The notes below the pieces were generated by a model. That model was not told where the DNA came from. It saw nothing but the letters and a program-made list of their open reading frames with translations, and did no database searches. A stretch of 63,737 nt of DNA, the filler included, from Octopus bimaculoides (Eukaryota): the NCBI RefSeq assembly GCF_001194135.2. It is 5 parts of 4 records of this genome, joined end to end, with 100 filler letters (N's around TTAATTAATTAA, not from the genome) between each part and the next. Parts side by side here need not be neighbours in the genome. Positions count along the whole stretch, not along the records: positions 58,920 to 63,737 come from NC_068990.1; 4 more parts are not named here. One strand, 5' to 3'. The position numbers and the translations under genes are program-made. Numbering within the stretch: the first letter of the stretch is position 1; each line of letters opens with the position of its first letter. This document shows, piece after piece, positions 62,560-63,737 of the stretch.

Positions 62560-63330
62560 TTTTGGGAAAGGTGTTAACCATGATGTATGGCAGACCTTAG
62601 ATTTAGCTTAGAGTGGAAGGAGAGATTAATGAAAGCACAGAAAAGGAGTAATTGGTGGAAAGTAGCATGACAGGGATGATTATGAGAGAGGGATAACTGG
62701 TCGTGTCAAAGTGAGGATGAAGAATGTGCTTATTCTGTATCTCAAATGATTTCAGCTGTTGAATAGTGCTATGGTAAACTGAAAATAAAGATGAGAATAA
62801 TGTGACAGTCCTCTTGAATGTAAAAAAGCCTCTTTGTAGAGGCCAGTTGAAGACACCTGTGAGTTTCAAGAGCAAGTCTCCTCTCCAATTACTGTTCTCT
62901 GAGCTACATCTTTATGCACAGTGGTCTCCATCAACTCTAACAATTTTGCTACTGTCACCTCACATTCAGTACTTTCTCTCCTCTCTTATCTTCTGTATAC
63001 GTGCAAATTTGTATGAGAGATTGACGGAAGAGGTCAGTTTCTATTGTCTGATCTTTCAGCTCACAATGTCTTCAGCTACAGCTTCAGATCAAGTAAAACT
63101 GCCTTCTCTGCCCAGTTAACGAAGGGTTTGGGGCAACCACCTTGGATTTTTTTGATTCTGTGATTGGATGTTTATGTGAAGAGTGGGGCTGAGCTATCAA
63201 GTAATCACCACCTAGTTGTCTGCAACTTAAGACTACAATAGACAGAACTCATAAAATTGGTAAGACCAGGTGACTTACAGAATAAAGTGGGAAGCTTTGT
63301 TGGATGACGTTATTAGAAACAAATATGTAG
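62560..63330. mobile_element. Degraded LINE fragments (mixed orientation)
   Basis: Plus-strand VKSGAELSSNHHLVVCNL at ~63170-63230 matches the APE C-terminus (RGAELSTDHHLVV); the remainder is only weakly recognisable. Confidence 0.5.
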
Positions 63331-63622
63331 ACAACAATCTCTGTTGTTGGTTATGGTGATGTATTCACAGAATCGTTCTACCATCAGACAAAATGTGTTG
63401 TGGTATTTTTCTAATTCTTTAACTTCTGACTATAAATTTTGCTAATGATAATTTTGCTCTTACAGGGCCAATAAAATGTAGGGACCAGTTTAATTTTATT
63501 GGTCCCTCCAGGGCCAAATATATTAATTATCTCCTGCCTCAAACTTTTGGCATTCTTTGTATGTCAGAAATTTATAGTGTTGTTGTTATTTTTCATTCTT
63601 CTCAATTATATTTACACTCTAG

Positions 63623-63737
63623 ATATTCAAATCCATTTTGTGAAAGTAAAAAATGCAGCTCTGGATGTAACTGAGAAAACATTATGGAGTAAGAAAAAAG
63701 TAACAGCAGATGCATGTGCTGAAAAATGTTTATCTGA
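63623..63737 (+). CDS. Second PAN/apple exon, paralogous to 59407-59643, truncated by the window end
   Basis: tttacactctag acceptor. IQIHFVKVKNAALDVTEKTLWSKKKVTADACAEKCLS aligns with MRFVKVTDAILDVSGKTLVKKRVTDDACGEKCLS. Confidence 0.85.

Overview
AT-rich, microsatellite-dense eukaryotic genomic DNA. It is most likely an octopus (coleoid cephalopod); that is inferred from the SINE, LINE and microsatellite repertoire. The window is not one contiguous locus. Four identical 100-bp artificial spacers (N44-TTAATTAATTAA-N44) split it into five joined segments: 1-15584, 15685-38211, 38312-55569, 55670-58819 and 58920-63737. Two host genes are supported. The first is ten consecutive in-phase exons (481 codons) of BTAF1/Mot1 on the minus strand (43710-54582), with the 5' and 3' exons missing. 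The second is three phase-1 exons on the plus strand encoding a PAN/apple - Sushi/CCP - PAN/apple modular protein (59407 to window end), which appears to have grown by intragenic duplication. Most of the rest is a transposon graveyard: a full-length dead cecropia-type mariner, a deleted maT-like (DD37D) element, a mariner MITE, a hAT fossil, a terminally intact non-autonomous Helitron, RTE, Penelope and CR1-like fragments, three lineages of restriction-like-endonuclease LINEs, and many SINEs. The most interesting signals are: the PAN-Sushi-PAN gene with an old SINE shared upstream of both PAN exons; a 161-bp near-perfect palindrome in a BTAF1 intron; an R4/Dong-like LINE whose two copies both sit in (CATA)n; a minimal hammerhead ribozyme in a Penelope end; and a 31-nt U2 snRNA 5' fragment. 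Nothing prokaryote-like (CRISPR, operons) is present. All alignments and family assignments were made by eye, without database searches.
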